From Moniliella sp. 'wahieum' (lineage: Eukaryota), in assembly GCA_003971905.1 (NCBI GenBank), contig RSEE01000015.1:434001-498000 (forward strand): a stretch of DNA of 64,000 nucleotides, in the 5' to 3' direction. The first letter of the stretch is position 1. Each line of letters starts with the position of its first letter. Both the position numbers and the translations under genes were made by a program. The notes below the pieces were generated by a model. The model was not told where the DNA came from, did no database searches, and was given only the letters and a program-made list of their open reading frames with translations. This document shows, piece after piece, positions 36,504-49,860 of this stretch.

Positions 36504-39500
36504 ATGAAGATCACACGCCACCCAAGCGTCTTGGCCTCCGGTGCGTGTGCCCCTGGCCCCTTTGTGCCCCCTACTCACCCTCTTTCTCCCTCGCAGTTGC
36601 CCCAGATTGCCGCGATTATTGAGCGTGTTCAGGCAGCCCCGGAGGAGGACCTTCCTGGCGTGTTGGACAGCGTCTACGACTGGCCCTGGCCCCGCGGCGA
36701 TGCTCACCACTGGACCCAGACGCTGAACCGCTTCGATGCCATCCTCGAGCACACCCTGACCCAATACGGTGTGCAGATTTGCAGTACCATCAGTTCACCC
36801 CGCCACACCAAGCGCCTTCTTGTTCCATACTCGTTTTAGCCGCCTTCTCCTAGAGAGCTGCACCAACCGTAAGATCTACAACTCGTATGAGGTACGTACC
36901 TTCTCTCTCGCCTCCCTCAAGCTTGCTTGCCCCGTCGGACGGTTCTAACCTCTCCTTCCCACTACAGCATCTCCGCAGCTTGCTCGTAACCGACGATTTA
37001 GATGTGCTTGAAGAAACGCTGCGGCTCCTTCAGCGCTTGGCCCAACAGCATGCTGCAAAAGGCGGTTCTCGTGCCCAGGAGCTGGTTGAGCAGGGTACTG
37101 TGCCTCAGCGCCTCCTCACCCTTGGTGCCACATGGGCTCCGATGGGATCGGGCTTAACTTTGGTCGACCTTGCTAGTGACAACTTTGAGCCTGGACCCGG
37201 CTTTGACACGGTCCGCTTGCCATCCAACGCCCCGCTCCGACAAGCTACCCGAGCCTCATGACAAGTCCCTCTCGCTCGGCCCACCGCCAATCTCCGGCGC
37301 ATCGGGCCCCAGCTACACCAAGTTCACAACAACTAGCGCCTACCATTGATCCCGATCTGTCATGTCCATCGACCTGGGTGAACCGGTTCGGGCTGCCTCT
37401 TCCTCTTCTCCTGCCCACCCACGCCCTCCTCGTCCAGCCCCAGCCATTCACACCACGTTTCCTTTGCACCCGGAACAGGGTCTGGGTCCAATGTGGGTCG
37501 ACACACGGCCCATCGGCGCCCCCCCCGGAGACGGCGTCGGTGATCGAGCTGCGCAACCTGGCGTCCCAGGGCAACCATTGATGGATGTTGTTACCGACGC
37601 GATTGAGACGTACAAGATTCCACCCGAATCCCAGTTTGAGCTGTTTCAACGGGTGCGCTCCGTTCTCGCGGGTTATGACCCTTCTGCCCGCAAGAAACTC
37701 ATGTCATGCCGCCTGTTAGCTTTGGCCGTGTATGGGCATGTGGTGTTGGAGGATACGGCTCTTAATGAGCTCTTTATGTTGGCCCCGGAGATTGCTCGCT
37801 TGATTGGTACCCTCGTGTCGCCTGAACACAAGATTGACCGAAACATTGTGTCGAGTGCGTTTTTATGCGCTGGAAGGATTGGCCAAGTTCCGTACCCGCT
37901 CCTCCGACGTCTTTACGTCCATTGGCGTGTCAGTCAATCATGGTGCACTCTTGCAGAATCTCCGCATGCTTACTAGCAGTATGGATGCCTGCCCTTCCTC
38001 CCACCCGACGCTACATTGCTTCCACCTCCGTATGCCTGGAGTGATCCGGGTACCTCTCTCGGCACCTACGCCGATTCCATCTTTGGCTTACTGGGGGCAA
38101 TCGTGAATGGCCGCAACGCAAGCCACATGACAATGATCGTCGCTGCCTCATGCCTCTCTTGGTCAAGATTGTCAACAATGTCGCTCGCGGGTCCACCTCG
38201 CCCAAAGATCGGTCGCTCGTGCTCTCGGCTTGATCGACAGTTTCATCATCTTCTCCACCTCACCGCCGGCTTTTACCCAATTCTGTGACGCGGGTGGGCC
38301 CGACGTGTACGTGGAACGCATCAAAGCAGAGGTGGAATACGACATTGCTCATCCTGAACCCGAGGGTGCTCGGCTGACGACCGTGCGGAGCGAGTGGGCC
38401 AAGCCGGCTGACAACTTGTACGGGTACCTGTCGCAACCGAGTGCAACCCTGCTGCGTAACATCCTCAAGTACATTGGCAGCATGATCACGTCGGCTGGAA
38501 CGGATCAGTTGCGCAACTTGATTGAAACGTCTCTGCCAGACTCTGTCATCCAAATCATGGCGCACCGCCTCATTTTTGGCCCACAAATCCTCGCTGTTGC
38601 GATCGGCGTGGTGGCCATTTAGTGCACAATGAGCCCACGAGTCTGGTGGTGGTGCAGGAGAAACGGATTCCCGAGATGCTTTTGACCTGATTACCGACGA
38701 CATTGAAGCCAATTTCGATTTGATCAGCACCCTTCCCAGCGTCTGTTCGGCCATGTGCCTCAACCCGGTTGGTTTGGACCTGTTTAACCGCTGCATGGTG
38801 GCGCGCAAGCTCATGCGTCTCCTTCTAGACCACCGGCACATTGAGGTGTTGGAGGACATGGACAATGCCATTTTGTTTGGCACTCGATCGATGAGCTTGT
38901 CCGTCACCAACCGTCGGCGCGGGGCGATGTTATCTCGGGCATCTTTACGGCTTTGAACGCGATCAACAACAATGCTAAGAGCATCGCTCGCCGTATGGAG
39001 CGGCATCCTTTGATGATGCCTGTCGCCAAGCAGGCCTTCCCGAGCCGCCAAGCAAATTTTTGATCTGGAGCAAGTCCCCAGACCGAGGCCACTAAAGTAG
39101 TCGCTCTCGCCCGCCCTTCTGTTACCTTGGCCGACCTGTTTGATGGAGAGGACGAGCGGCAAGGTAAGAAGGACGATGCCAATATTTACAACGGTGTTAT
39201 CGCGCAGATGGACGTCGCGTCCCGATTCATGGAAGGGTTCTTTACCACCGCTTCGCATTGTCATGCCTTCATCACCAAGGGCGGGTTGGTAGAGCTGCTG
39301 AAGTTCTACGATGCCACGGCACTGCCATACAACTTCCTCTCTTCCTTTCGCCGCAGACTCGCTTGCCAACCTGCTGGTGCTCATGACGGAGTCCAGAGCC
39401 ATTTCGGTCATTTACTCCTTCATGGATTCAATTTCCGAGTCCATGCAACAAACGAGTGCGTGTGGGACGACAAAGCCTGGGCGTCGAACGGACAGGAACT

Positions 39501-42500
39501 GCCCTTTTCGCCGCTCGACTTCTTCGCCCCCTCTGACGAAGCTACCTGGACAAAAACCAATGGTGTCTTCCGCAACTTGGTCTACCTCAATACCAAGCTC
39601 TTTGTTCTGGTGATGTATCAGCCGTTCAGCTACCATTCATATTCGCGTCCGCTTTCGGCCCTTTTCCCTGCCCTCAATACCAGCCGCGGCAAGGGCGAAG
39701 GGCCCTTCATGCGCAAGCTCGGCACGTTGCTGCGGCATTCACTCTGGATGAACATGTTGCTCAAAGCAGCTGTGCCCCCTCGGGAGGCGGGGGTGGAAGG
39801 CAACACGGCCACCGCAAGGTATCCGGCCCTGTGCAAGATATTGTGGATCATCTTCCTTCTAGTGGTCGTCCAAATGCGCCTTCGAGCTCATCCGCGGTGT
39901 TGGAAGCAGCAGAGCCGCCAGGCAGGCGGACAAGAGTTGCGAGGTGTCTGAGGCGGTCCGGCAGAACGTCAAGGTAGTGCGGTACACTATGTCGCATATG
40001 ACTCAACGCTCAAGGCCATGCATCGCGAGGTGGTCCGCCTCTGTCCAAGCCGGCTGACCCCACGACTCGCAAAAACGTTCACCACATTGGGGACCATTGC
40101 CGACACGATGTTCAAGCGCTCGAATCGCGCAAGAGCGGTAACTTGCCCAACGATATGGCCTACACCACTGTCGTGGTGGATTGGATCGACAACCTTCTTT
40201 ACGAGCGGAAGGGGTCGCGGGTTACCGTGAGCTGTTTGCTGCTGTACGAGTTCTTCCACCGGGCGGTGTTAGCGCATTGTTGAGCCAGTTCCATTTGATG
40301 CTGGCCCAGATGGACCAGATTTTGGACACTCAATCGGGGGAGACGACGGTGCCCGATAACGAGGATGTTGCCAGCAGCCTGAGCCAAGCGTGCGGCGGCT
40401 TGCATCTGCCTCCGGCTGATGCACAACCTGGTCACGTACCGCATCACGAACGACCTGGTCCAGCTCTCTGCTCTGAACCAGCAGTACCCTTCCTCCAACC
40501 AAGAGTGCGTGGTTGACATCATTCGCCTCCAGGTCATCATGGCGGTCCAGACCATCTGGCGTAAGAGTTGGTTGCCCACTTTGCCGCTCGTCATCATTCG
40601 CAGTTTGGTCAAGATCATCCTCGCTACTCTCAACAAGGATGATGCTAGCCCCGAGTCCGGCTCGGGCAGTGGGAACGGCAGTTCTCTACCTCTTCCCTTG
40701 CTCAACATGACCCTTCCGGGCATGAGCAACCCTCTGAGTCCACTCGCTCGGACGGCAGCACTACTCGCTCTTCGGGCACCTTCCCCCCTGTGCAGTCTAG
40801 CGGCGACGTAGTCCTGACCGACCTGGGCTTCACTTCCGGCTCCGTCCAGTCGGCGTTTGGAAGCGGAGAGGACTCGCGGGCGGGGCTACTGCGGCTGTTG
40901 AACCAACAAGCCGAATCCACTCCCACCCCCCTCCTGTCACGGCACCGACCCCGCTCTGGCCATCGACGGAGGCAGGATCGTCTTCAGAGCCTTCTCGTCT
41001 GCTCCGGAACGCTCGCAAGCTCCCCCTCCTCATCCCCTGTGGCAACCGGGATCGGAAGGCACGGTTTCTAAGCAAGTTCTTTCGGATGAACTGCGCTCGA
41101 TTCAAAAGGAGATTAGCTCTACCGTCGTCGCTCTTATTCTTGAACTTGCGAAACGCACGAACCTTTGGTGTTTGAGGCACGCGACGCTGTCCATCTCGTT
41201 TCCGACAAGCTCACCCCCATTCATCACGCAACGACTTCATTCGTTCGTCCCAAGCCGAGGTGGAGAGGTTGGATTGGAAGGAAAGACAAACGAGCGTGAT
41301 GCGTTGCTGGGCAAGATGCGGGTCTATCTTCACTTCTTGGCCATTGTGCACAACTCGGAGGGCCTGCGGCAGGTGATCGACATTGACACGGCCGTTACCA
41401 TCATCCAAACTTTGCAGCGGTTGGGTCAGGCTGGCAAGAAGTGGGTGAGCGAGTTCACTCCCCATCTTTTTGATCGCGAGCGAAATTTTTGGCTGGAGCG
41501 AGAAAATCGAGCCGACGCCTCCCTACCTCGAATCCGAGTGGCAAGCAGGCACCCCACCCCGTCTCGACCGCGGGTCGATCCAGACAATCGCCTAGGCCAA
41601 TTTGAGGACGTTTATCTTCAAATGGCCTTTGCCGTCTTACGGGAGGAAGTGCCTGACGCATGGAGCACGGAAACTCTTTTGGCCACGTACCGCCTTCTGG
41701 TCATCCTTACCCGGCGGCCCCTTCTAGCGGGCAAAGTGGGTCAAGGGGACGATGAGCTTGTCGTTCTTGTTCGGCCTTTCAAGAAGGGGTTCCCGAGTCG
41801 ATCGTGCCGCTCTGTCAGTCGTATTTGGTCACCATTTTACGGCATGTGATTGAGCAGCCTGAAGTGCTGCAACAGCTCATGTTCCAAATGCTGCGCTCGG
41901 CGGTCCACTCACGCGCAGCCAAGTTGTGATCCCCAACTTACTCGGTCAAGTGAGCTCGGCCGTGTGGCGGGACCCGAACACGTTCTTTGGTGTCGCCAAG
42001 AACCATCTTGAGCTCATCGATTTCAATCGCACCGGCACGCCCCCCGCGTTCGGCTGATTGATGATCGTGAGTCCGAGGACAAAAAGGAGGGAACCGAGTC
42101 GAACACTGATGGGCCTGCCGTGGCTCCTGCTCTGCCTCAAATTCCCGTAGGGGCAGCCGGGCCATCTGGAACGTCCCTTCCTACTGCGCCCAAACCACCC
42201 GTTTTCGACGTGCCCGAAACCAGTGGTGGTGGGGAGACGGAGAAGCTGATCCACAAGCTCCCTCAGACCACGGAGGTGTCGGATCATCTGATCCACTTCC
42301 TCATTTCGGAGCTCACCACGGGACCTTCCGTGTCATCATCTGTCGTGGCAAGCGAGACGGCCGAGCAAGAGACGAAGGAATCGGTTGAGGCGTCCTCGGG
42401 CGAATCCCAAACTGGGAAGGACAAGGCGAGTGTCCCGCCTCCCTCTGAGCCCGACGCTGGTGCAGCTGCTCCGTCGAGTGGTGATGGAGTCAATACGAAC

Positions 42501-45500
42501 CCCGTCTTGAAGCAACCCAAGCCTACCTCCGCAAAAGAGCAAAGCCAAGCGGACCAGTCGCTTTATTACAATGGCTTCATCCTCCAAATTTTAGCCGAGC
42601 TCTTGTCTTCGTACGACTGCTGCAAATTGAGTCTGATGAACTACACGCGCAAGCGCACCCAGCCTGCTGCCCCAGCTGCGCCTGCCACGCCCTCTACAAC
42701 CCCCGCTAAGCTTCGTGGGACCACTGTCTCGACTCTGTTCCATGAGCTCGTTGCGCTCGGAGCGTATAGCGACAAGGACTGGAGAAAGTGCAAGGCGCTT
42801 ACCAATTGGCTCATGTCGGTCGTTGTGGCTCTGACGTCGGATACGGCAAGCAACGTTTCGCTTCAAGATCTGAGTGCAGACGTCATTTCGGTGCGCAAGG
42901 CCGTCCTTGACGGTCTGAGCAAGAGCATTCGCGACGTGACAACTTCGACCGAGCACTGGCATCCAAGGGTGGCAAGATCCTGGTGCTGTCCGACCTGTGC
43001 TTCCGTTTGCTGACGGTCAAGCCCAACCAGAGCTCTTTACTGCGTCAAAATGAGGACCTAGCCTTCACATGGCCAAGTTGATGTTGGAGAAGAACTTTGT
43101 CCTTGTCTTGACTAATACCATCACCGACATCGATTTGTCCGTTTCGCCGGCCAAATCGATTCTGACCAGCGTTCTCAAGCCACTCGACTTTCTTACCAAG
43201 GTTGCCATCCGCATGGGCCGGGCAGAGAAGAAAGATTCGCGCGAAGATGTGCCGATCGAACTTTCTTCCGACGATGAAAGCACGTCCTCCTCGATGGAGG
43301 ACATGGAGCATGGCCGTGGCTCCCGTCGCGAGACACCCGATTTCTACCGCAATTCGTCGTTGGGCATCCACACTGGCGACCTCGAGTCGGGCAACTACGA
43401 TGACGATGTCGGCGATGGCGAGAGCGGCGAGGATGAAGAGGACATTGAGATGGAGGAGTATGATCATGACCACTCCAACAGCGATATGACGTATGTCTTG
43501 CCTCCTCTTTTTGCGCTTCGCACTGATGTTGCATTCATACTGACTTAACCCATCTGAACAGCTCTGAGTCGGATGACAGTGAGGATACCATTGACGATGA
43601 CGACATTGACCTGGAGGACATGTCTTCGGTGGATGACGATTCGTCTTCGGAAGACGAGGACGAGGACGACGACGACGATGATGACGATCATGATCACAGC
43701 GACATGCTTGAGGCCGAATGGACGGATGAGGTATGTCCCCTTTTTTCCAGCTTCCCCTCGCCTCTGCACTGTGAATACTGACGCCCAGAGTGCTTTCAGG
43801 ACAATGATAGCGATGGCGACTCGGACAATGGCGAACTGGATATTGTCCTAGAGCACGATGGAACGAGTGGCAGCGACCCTCTGGTTCCGACGCTCGAGAT
43901 TGACGAGGTGTGGGCGCCATCGGAACTTCGTTCTGTCTTTAGTGAAGGGGAAGACGGTATGGACGTGATCGATGAGGACGAGGGGTCCTCCAATGATGGG
44001 TACGATGCTGCCGGCCTTGGCGACCTCTCGCTCGAGGATGGCTACAACCCGTCATCGAACACACTGGATCTGTTTGGTGCCAATTGGGCGTGGGTCAATC
44101 ACTCGGACAGCCCGGCGCGTGGGAGACATGGAACCTGTGGGGTCACGAACCGGAAGGCTGGCGGTCTCGTCTTGTCACTGGGTCCGGGCGCCGGAACGGG
44201 ATAGACGAGGCGGCGTCGCACCCACTTTTGGTGGACCAGTCGGCCGTGCCCGACGGAAGTTCTGCCCTCTCCAACCGTCTCCCCGGTCGGCGGCGTCGTC
44301 TCCATGGCGGCCTGCACCATTCGGGCACGGACCTCAGCGCCTTGTCGTTCGATATGATGGGCAATAGGACCATGCATCTTCTAGAGACGATACTCGAACG
44401 TGCTCAGGGGTTGACGCGGAGCGACGACACGGCCCGTTCCCGCTCAGGTGTTGAGGAAACCAACGGCGCGTCCGGCCCCAATCGCGGTCGACCGAATGAA
44501 CCCGATGCGGACAAGGTTGCAGCTGCGGATCCAGTATCACTACTCCAAACCTTCAAGCCCATGAGCACGTCGAACCGTTGGTTACAAGATGCTTCTCTCG
44601 CCCATGCACGCTCTGTCAACAAGCTGGAGCACGCATCGTTTTTCCGACACGAGCTGCAAGCGGTTCTGCTTCCTGCCTACTGGGACTCTCAGAAGAAGCA
44701 GAAGGAAAAGGAGGCCGAACGAACTGCTCAGCTTCAGCGTAAGCTCCAAGAGGATGAAGAAGCGCATCGTCGGAAGCAGGAGGAGAGTGGAGATCATGAG
44801 CGCATCCAGGCACCAGAAGCAAACCAGCCGCCGGCGCAAGCCTCCGACACGGAAATGGCGGATCGCCCGCGCCCGCGCCCGCACCGGGCAAACTCACCCT
44901 TTTCGGATGGGGTACCCTCCGATCCTGAGGACCTAGCAGGCCGGAAATGCCGGTGAGGGCGATGAAGAGGAAGAGGAAGAGGGGGAGCGGCAAACGATCA
45001 CGATCGGTAGCCAGGTGGTGGATATTACGGGTACCGGAATGGATCCCGAATTCCTGCTGGCCCTCCCAGACGCTATGCGGGAGGAGATTGTGGAACAGCA
45101 CCTGCGCGAACGTCATGCTGAGACGATGAGTCGCGACCAAGGCGTGACGGCAATCGAGCCTGAGTTCCTCGCTGCCTTGCCACCCGAGATCCGTGTGGAG
45201 GTACTTCAGAGCGAGCTCATGGCAGCCGATCGTGCTCGCCGGCAGCAGCAACGCGAGCAAGAGGAGCAAGAGCGCCAAGCAGAGCAGAGTGCGGCCCATG
45301 AACCTCGGCCGACGACGGAGCGAGTGCTTCTCAGCCGGGTGTACCTGCCAACCTGGCCGTTCCCGCTGCCTCGACGACTCCAGCTGTCGCAGCCCCTGCA
45401 GCCGACAAGACTCCCGCCGGGACGCGATTCAACTACTAGACCGTGCTGGTGTCCTGACGCTGGTTCGGATCCTCTTCTTCCTGACCTGGATCCCGCGGCC

Positions 45501-46804
45501 TCAGGCCTCCATCGGGTTCTGGCTTCCGTTTCGGAGAACGCAAAGACTCGCACCGATGTGCTGCGTCTGCTGCTTACCATTTTGACCGAAGGGACCAGTA
45601 CACCCGCGGCAGTTGATCGGTCTTACGCTGCAATCAGCTGTCGCATCCACCAAGCACATGGGACGCCCAGCAAGGGTGCCAAGCGTGGGCCCGCTCTTTA
45701 CCAGTCGACGGGTTCCCCGATTAGCATCCAGGGAGAGAAGGCCCCGTTCCTCATGGCCCTGCGTTGCATTGCGGCAATCACTTATCTTGTCGACGTTAAC
45801 CCGGCCGTGAGCGAGTGGTTCCTCAAGGAGGAAGTCAGGTCGTCCAAAAAGGGCAAGGGCAAGGAGAAGGAGAAAGAAAAAGAGAAGGCGTCGGCAGAAC
45901 CTCCTGTTGGGCTTCTACTTGCTCTCCTTGACCAGCCTGTATTCGCGGAACACAACACGCTGCTTGACAGCCTGATCCACGCTTTGCACCTGATCACCAA
46001 GCCACTTGCCAAGCAAGCTGCTGCCACTCCCGCTGCAGAGCGTCCTTCCTCCCAGACGCTGCCGTCGCTTCAGCCAGCGCAAGTGGGCCGTCTGTACCCA
46101 CCGCGGGCCCCTCAGCTAGTCAGAATCCTTCAGCGCTGCCCGAACAGGGTGCCAGTGATGCCCCTGCCACCTCGGCTGCCGCTCTACCGGAAGGAGCTGC
46201 TGAGAGTGGGGCACCTGCTGCGGCTCCCCCACGGAAGGAGCTACTGGGGACGAAGGAGACGAAACCATGGCAACCGAGGCGCCCCCTGGGGTGGAAGGAG
46301 GGACGAGTGAGGGTCCTACAGCTTTGACCCCACATCCCGCCCGAGCGTCTGGCAGCGGTGGTGCGTCCACTCGCGACGCCTATCTCAGCTCGGGGTTTCC
46401 AGTCGACTCTGGCGGTGGCGTCGAATCTGGCGCATGTGGCCGGAGCACGGGAAGTGATTCGGGATGCGTTTGTGCGCTCGGCGACTGAAGCGTCCAAGAC
46501 TCTCATGTCGGATCTGGACGCGCTACTTGCAGTGTTGCCGCCCAAGCCGGTCGCGGTTGAACAAGATGCCGGCGAGACGCCGGCCACGGCACCGACGGGA
46601 CCCGCGCCGGCCTCTTTGCCAGGTTCGGTCTCTGCCGGAGGGCCTGAGGCGATGCAAGGCGTCGAAGCTGGCGACACCTCGCAAGATGGGCTAGACAACA
46701 AGTTGCAGTCGCCTGCGCTTGCTACGCTTGCTTCGCCAGCGAGTGCGCAGGCGGTGCTACTTGCGGTCTCTGCGGCGCTTGACTACCTGCTGACGGGCAA
46801 GTAA
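36504..46804 (+). CDS. TOM1: Tom1/HUWE1-family protein: N-terminal solenoid (DUF908, DUF913), acidic linker and UBM repeats, without HECT domain
   Basis: WPWPRGDAHHWTQTLNRFDAILE, CTNRKIYNSYEHL, VHNEPTSL, ETPDFYRNSSLG, VDITGTGMDPEFLLALPDAMREEIV, IEPEFLAALPPEIRVEVL, RDAIQLLDRAGVLTLVRILFF. Introns about 36541-36596, 36892-36967, 43491-43561 and 43732-43799. Ends LDYLLTGK-TAA. Confidence 0.9.
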
Positions 46805-47161
46805 CAGCGTGTGGGCTGCTTGCCAATCCTGTCCATTTCTTTTTTTTTCCCCTGTATGAATCCATCATGCCATGAGCTTGCGGAAGCTCCCCACCAAGTT
46901 CCTTAAGTTTACCAATAAGCGCATCAAACTTCCCTGCCAATCAATTGAATTTCGAGGCCCGTGGCTCTTGTGGCTTGTGACTTAGTGCCTAGACTTCGAA
47001 GAGACACAACTTGTTCGCCATATGCTATCTTGTTCTCCCATAGCCAACAAGCAGTGCAGTGCTTTCTAGCAGTTTTCCCCACAGAAGCCTCGCCGCTGTC
47101 CGAATTGGCCTGCTCTCCACCACCTCCCACCTCCCCCTCACTCCCTACCACCGCCCCGCTC

Positions 47162-47849
47162 ATGTCTGTGCGCGCCATCCTCACCGCCTATTATGTCCCC
47201 CACAGCTGCCCCCGCCCCTGGCAGTAGCTTCAAGGAATTGGCTCAGAATCTGGCCTCTGTCCTGTGCCTGATCCAACTGCCGTGGTGGGCTACAAGAAAA
47301 CCGTAGCTGTGGTTAACAAAGTTTTCGATACTGCCAACGCTCTGGTTGCCTTTCCTCCATCGGTTACCGACCCTGCCACTGGACTCATGTCCAGTGTCGC
47401 GCTCGTCGAAAAGGACATTCAGGCTACTGTCTACGTTTCCGTCCCGCTTCGACTGAGCCCTCGGCAGCCGACTTCGCACTCTTTCTTGTGCTTTATCCCA
47501 TTCTTGCCCCAGCCCCCGCCTCTATCCAGCACACTTTCCCTTCCACCGCCTGCTACCCGTCCCAGCCCCTATCCCCCAGCCCCCATCTTCTCCCTTTCGT
47601 CCCTTAGTCCAGGTAGCCGTGAACAAGACCGGAGCGTCCTTCCTGTCTTCAGCCGGATCTACGAAGGGCTCCCTACGATTCAGTATGCCGATCGAGCCAA
47701 AGAGGCCCGAGAAGGCCAAGGCCCATTATAAGCCAAGTGGCAGTGTCGAGCCGGCCTTTCCCCCTGCTGTTGTTGGGTCGGTCCCTGGGGATCGGATCTA
47801 CGTCGATGGGTGCAAGGGATTTGAACCCGAGGTCCAGCTTGAAGCTTAA
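47162..47849 (+). CDS. Small orphan protein, probably two exons
   Basis: ATG at 47162. Coding-like VGYKKTVAVVNKVFDTANALVAFPP...VALVEKDIQATV, then a pyrimidine-rich gap ending in CAG at about 47612, then AVNKTGASF...DRIYVDGCKGFEPEVQLEA*. Confidence 0.4.
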
Positions 47850-48174
47850 CCCCAAGAAAAATCTTTATGAGGCGGTTCAGCCTCACTACCCCATTACCCC
47901 ACTAGCTATACGAAGATCTGGGGTTGGAAAGGGGTAGGACCGGCGGATGAAAACGCAGCTACAGCCGAGCCAAGGTGCGCGTGCTCCAGAGCGGCAAGGG
48001 ACATGTCTGCCACACGACCACCCTAGCTATTGCGACTCTCTCGTACAGTCCTACCTAGGGATGAGCATGATCAACTGCGTGCTTTGCCCCTTGGGCAGCT
48101 TTCGTTCTTGTTACAATAGGTATGGTAGGCTAGCCAACGGCGCAGACTTCATCACATAATATCAACCCCCCCAA

Positions 48175-49205
48175 TCATTGCAAATCTGCCACGCAACAGG
48201 TCAGTCTCGCCGAACAATCAAGCAAAGAAGAGGGACTCACATTCTGCCCGAAGTCTCCTTGTGGGCTTGGAGGAGCCACTTGTCCGTATCCTCCTTGGAC
48301 GGTAGCTGTGGCGGCTGTAATTGCTCAGCTGGGATAGCAAACAAGTAATCGGCCACTTCAGCTTTGAACGTATTGGCCGCCTCTGCATCGTCCACCTCCA
48401 TGGGCTCATCTTGCTGTGTTTCATCCTTCTTCTTGTCCTTGCCCTTGCCCTTGCCCTTGCTCTTACTTTTGCTCTTATCCTTTTGTGACCGAGAAGGGGC
48501 AGAGGCGTCGGAGGGGACAACGTGAGCCTCGCGTCGAGGCATGGGGAAAGGGTCGGGGTGACCATTAGTATACCATCCTTCTACCTCCTCTGGGTCGTAC
48601 CCCAACTCGACGAGAACCAATCCGACGTGGGACTTCCAGTCGTCCTTTTCTTGTGCCTGTTCGTTGGCCAAGAGTAAGGGATCGCGATCGTCCTCCAACC
48701 CATAGTAGACCGGTGTTTGGTGGTAGTACTGACGGTAATGGGTATACTGCTTGTCTTGCCGTTCCTCTGCGGTTTCAGCCTGCTTGGCAAGCAGTTCTTT
48801 GACACCCGGCAGATCCTTAGCTCTGCCAAAATACTTGTACCCTCGGGTGCCTGGCACCTCTGACCCAGTATCGTCCGTGACGAACTGAGTCCGACTCCAC
48901 CGTGGTCCACCCAAACTGGTAATTTGTTGTTCCCACCGACCCTTTTCGCTCATGAGCTTGTTGATCTCGTCGTTCAAGTCGCGCACCTCAAAGTCGGTCA
49001 GACCAAAATCTTGAATCCGAGCCACCTTGCGACTAATCTCAGCTACCACTTGCCCACGCCACTTTTCGGCCGCCTTGATGTTCTTGACGCTGCTGGGCAT
49101 GCGTGGACGACGAACTTGCTTGCGGAGGTTGATGCCCATCTCGGCCGCTTGCGCCTCGCGAAAGCGATAGAGCATCGACTGTGCCTTCTCCTCATTGCGC
49201 GCCAT
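48175..49205 (-). CDS. ISY1: Pre-mRNA splicing factor Isy1 (NTC complex)
   Basis: MARNEEKAQSMLYRFREAQAAE...AEKWRGQV...VRDLNDEINKLMSEK...RGYKYFGRAKDLPGVKEL. Terminal intron 48186-48240 (GTGAGT...CTGAC...CAG). Confidence 0.96.
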
Positions 49206-49860
49206 GGTGGGTCGAACGTAGGAGGTGGATTGGGGGTGTTTATTGGGGTTGGGTGTTGGGCCGCGCGACGCGAAAACTAGTGGTGGTGGTGATGGTGGGG
49301 GTCGTGGTCTGGGAGCGGCCGGCCAAGTGATCGCAACCCACATTCAGACGTTCGCCCTTGAAGCTTGAAACCGTGTCCAGCCAGCTTAGGTAAGACGGCA
49401 CATTTCGATGCAGTCGCCTCTATTTATTTTCTGGTAACCCTTAGAATCCTACGCCTGCCTTGGAACGGGTGTCTACGGACATTCATTGCTTCCTGGCCAC
49501 TGCGCCCAGCAGCGAAAGCAACAAGGTGGATCATAGAATTGGATGGGAAGGGGGGGGGGGGGGGGAGATACGCCTCGTGGTATGCAACCCAGCCGCACAG
49601 GACCGTCGAAAGAAGAGCAAGAGAGAGACCACAAGCAAGGTGGAACCCCCTCGTTCTTCGCCCACGTCCGCCCAGGAAGACCAAAACCGAACAGCCCCAA
49701 AACAAAGAGGCAGGGGAAAATCAGAGGGAATGGGGAGAGGGGAGAGGTTTCAGTCTCTTAGGCCGGGCGGACAGGTAGGACGGACCCAAGCGGGGGGAAG
49801 CCGGGCGGCTCGGGCGTGCCCATTTGGGCGCGCCCTGGAGGAGCAGGACGCGCAAGCGAG

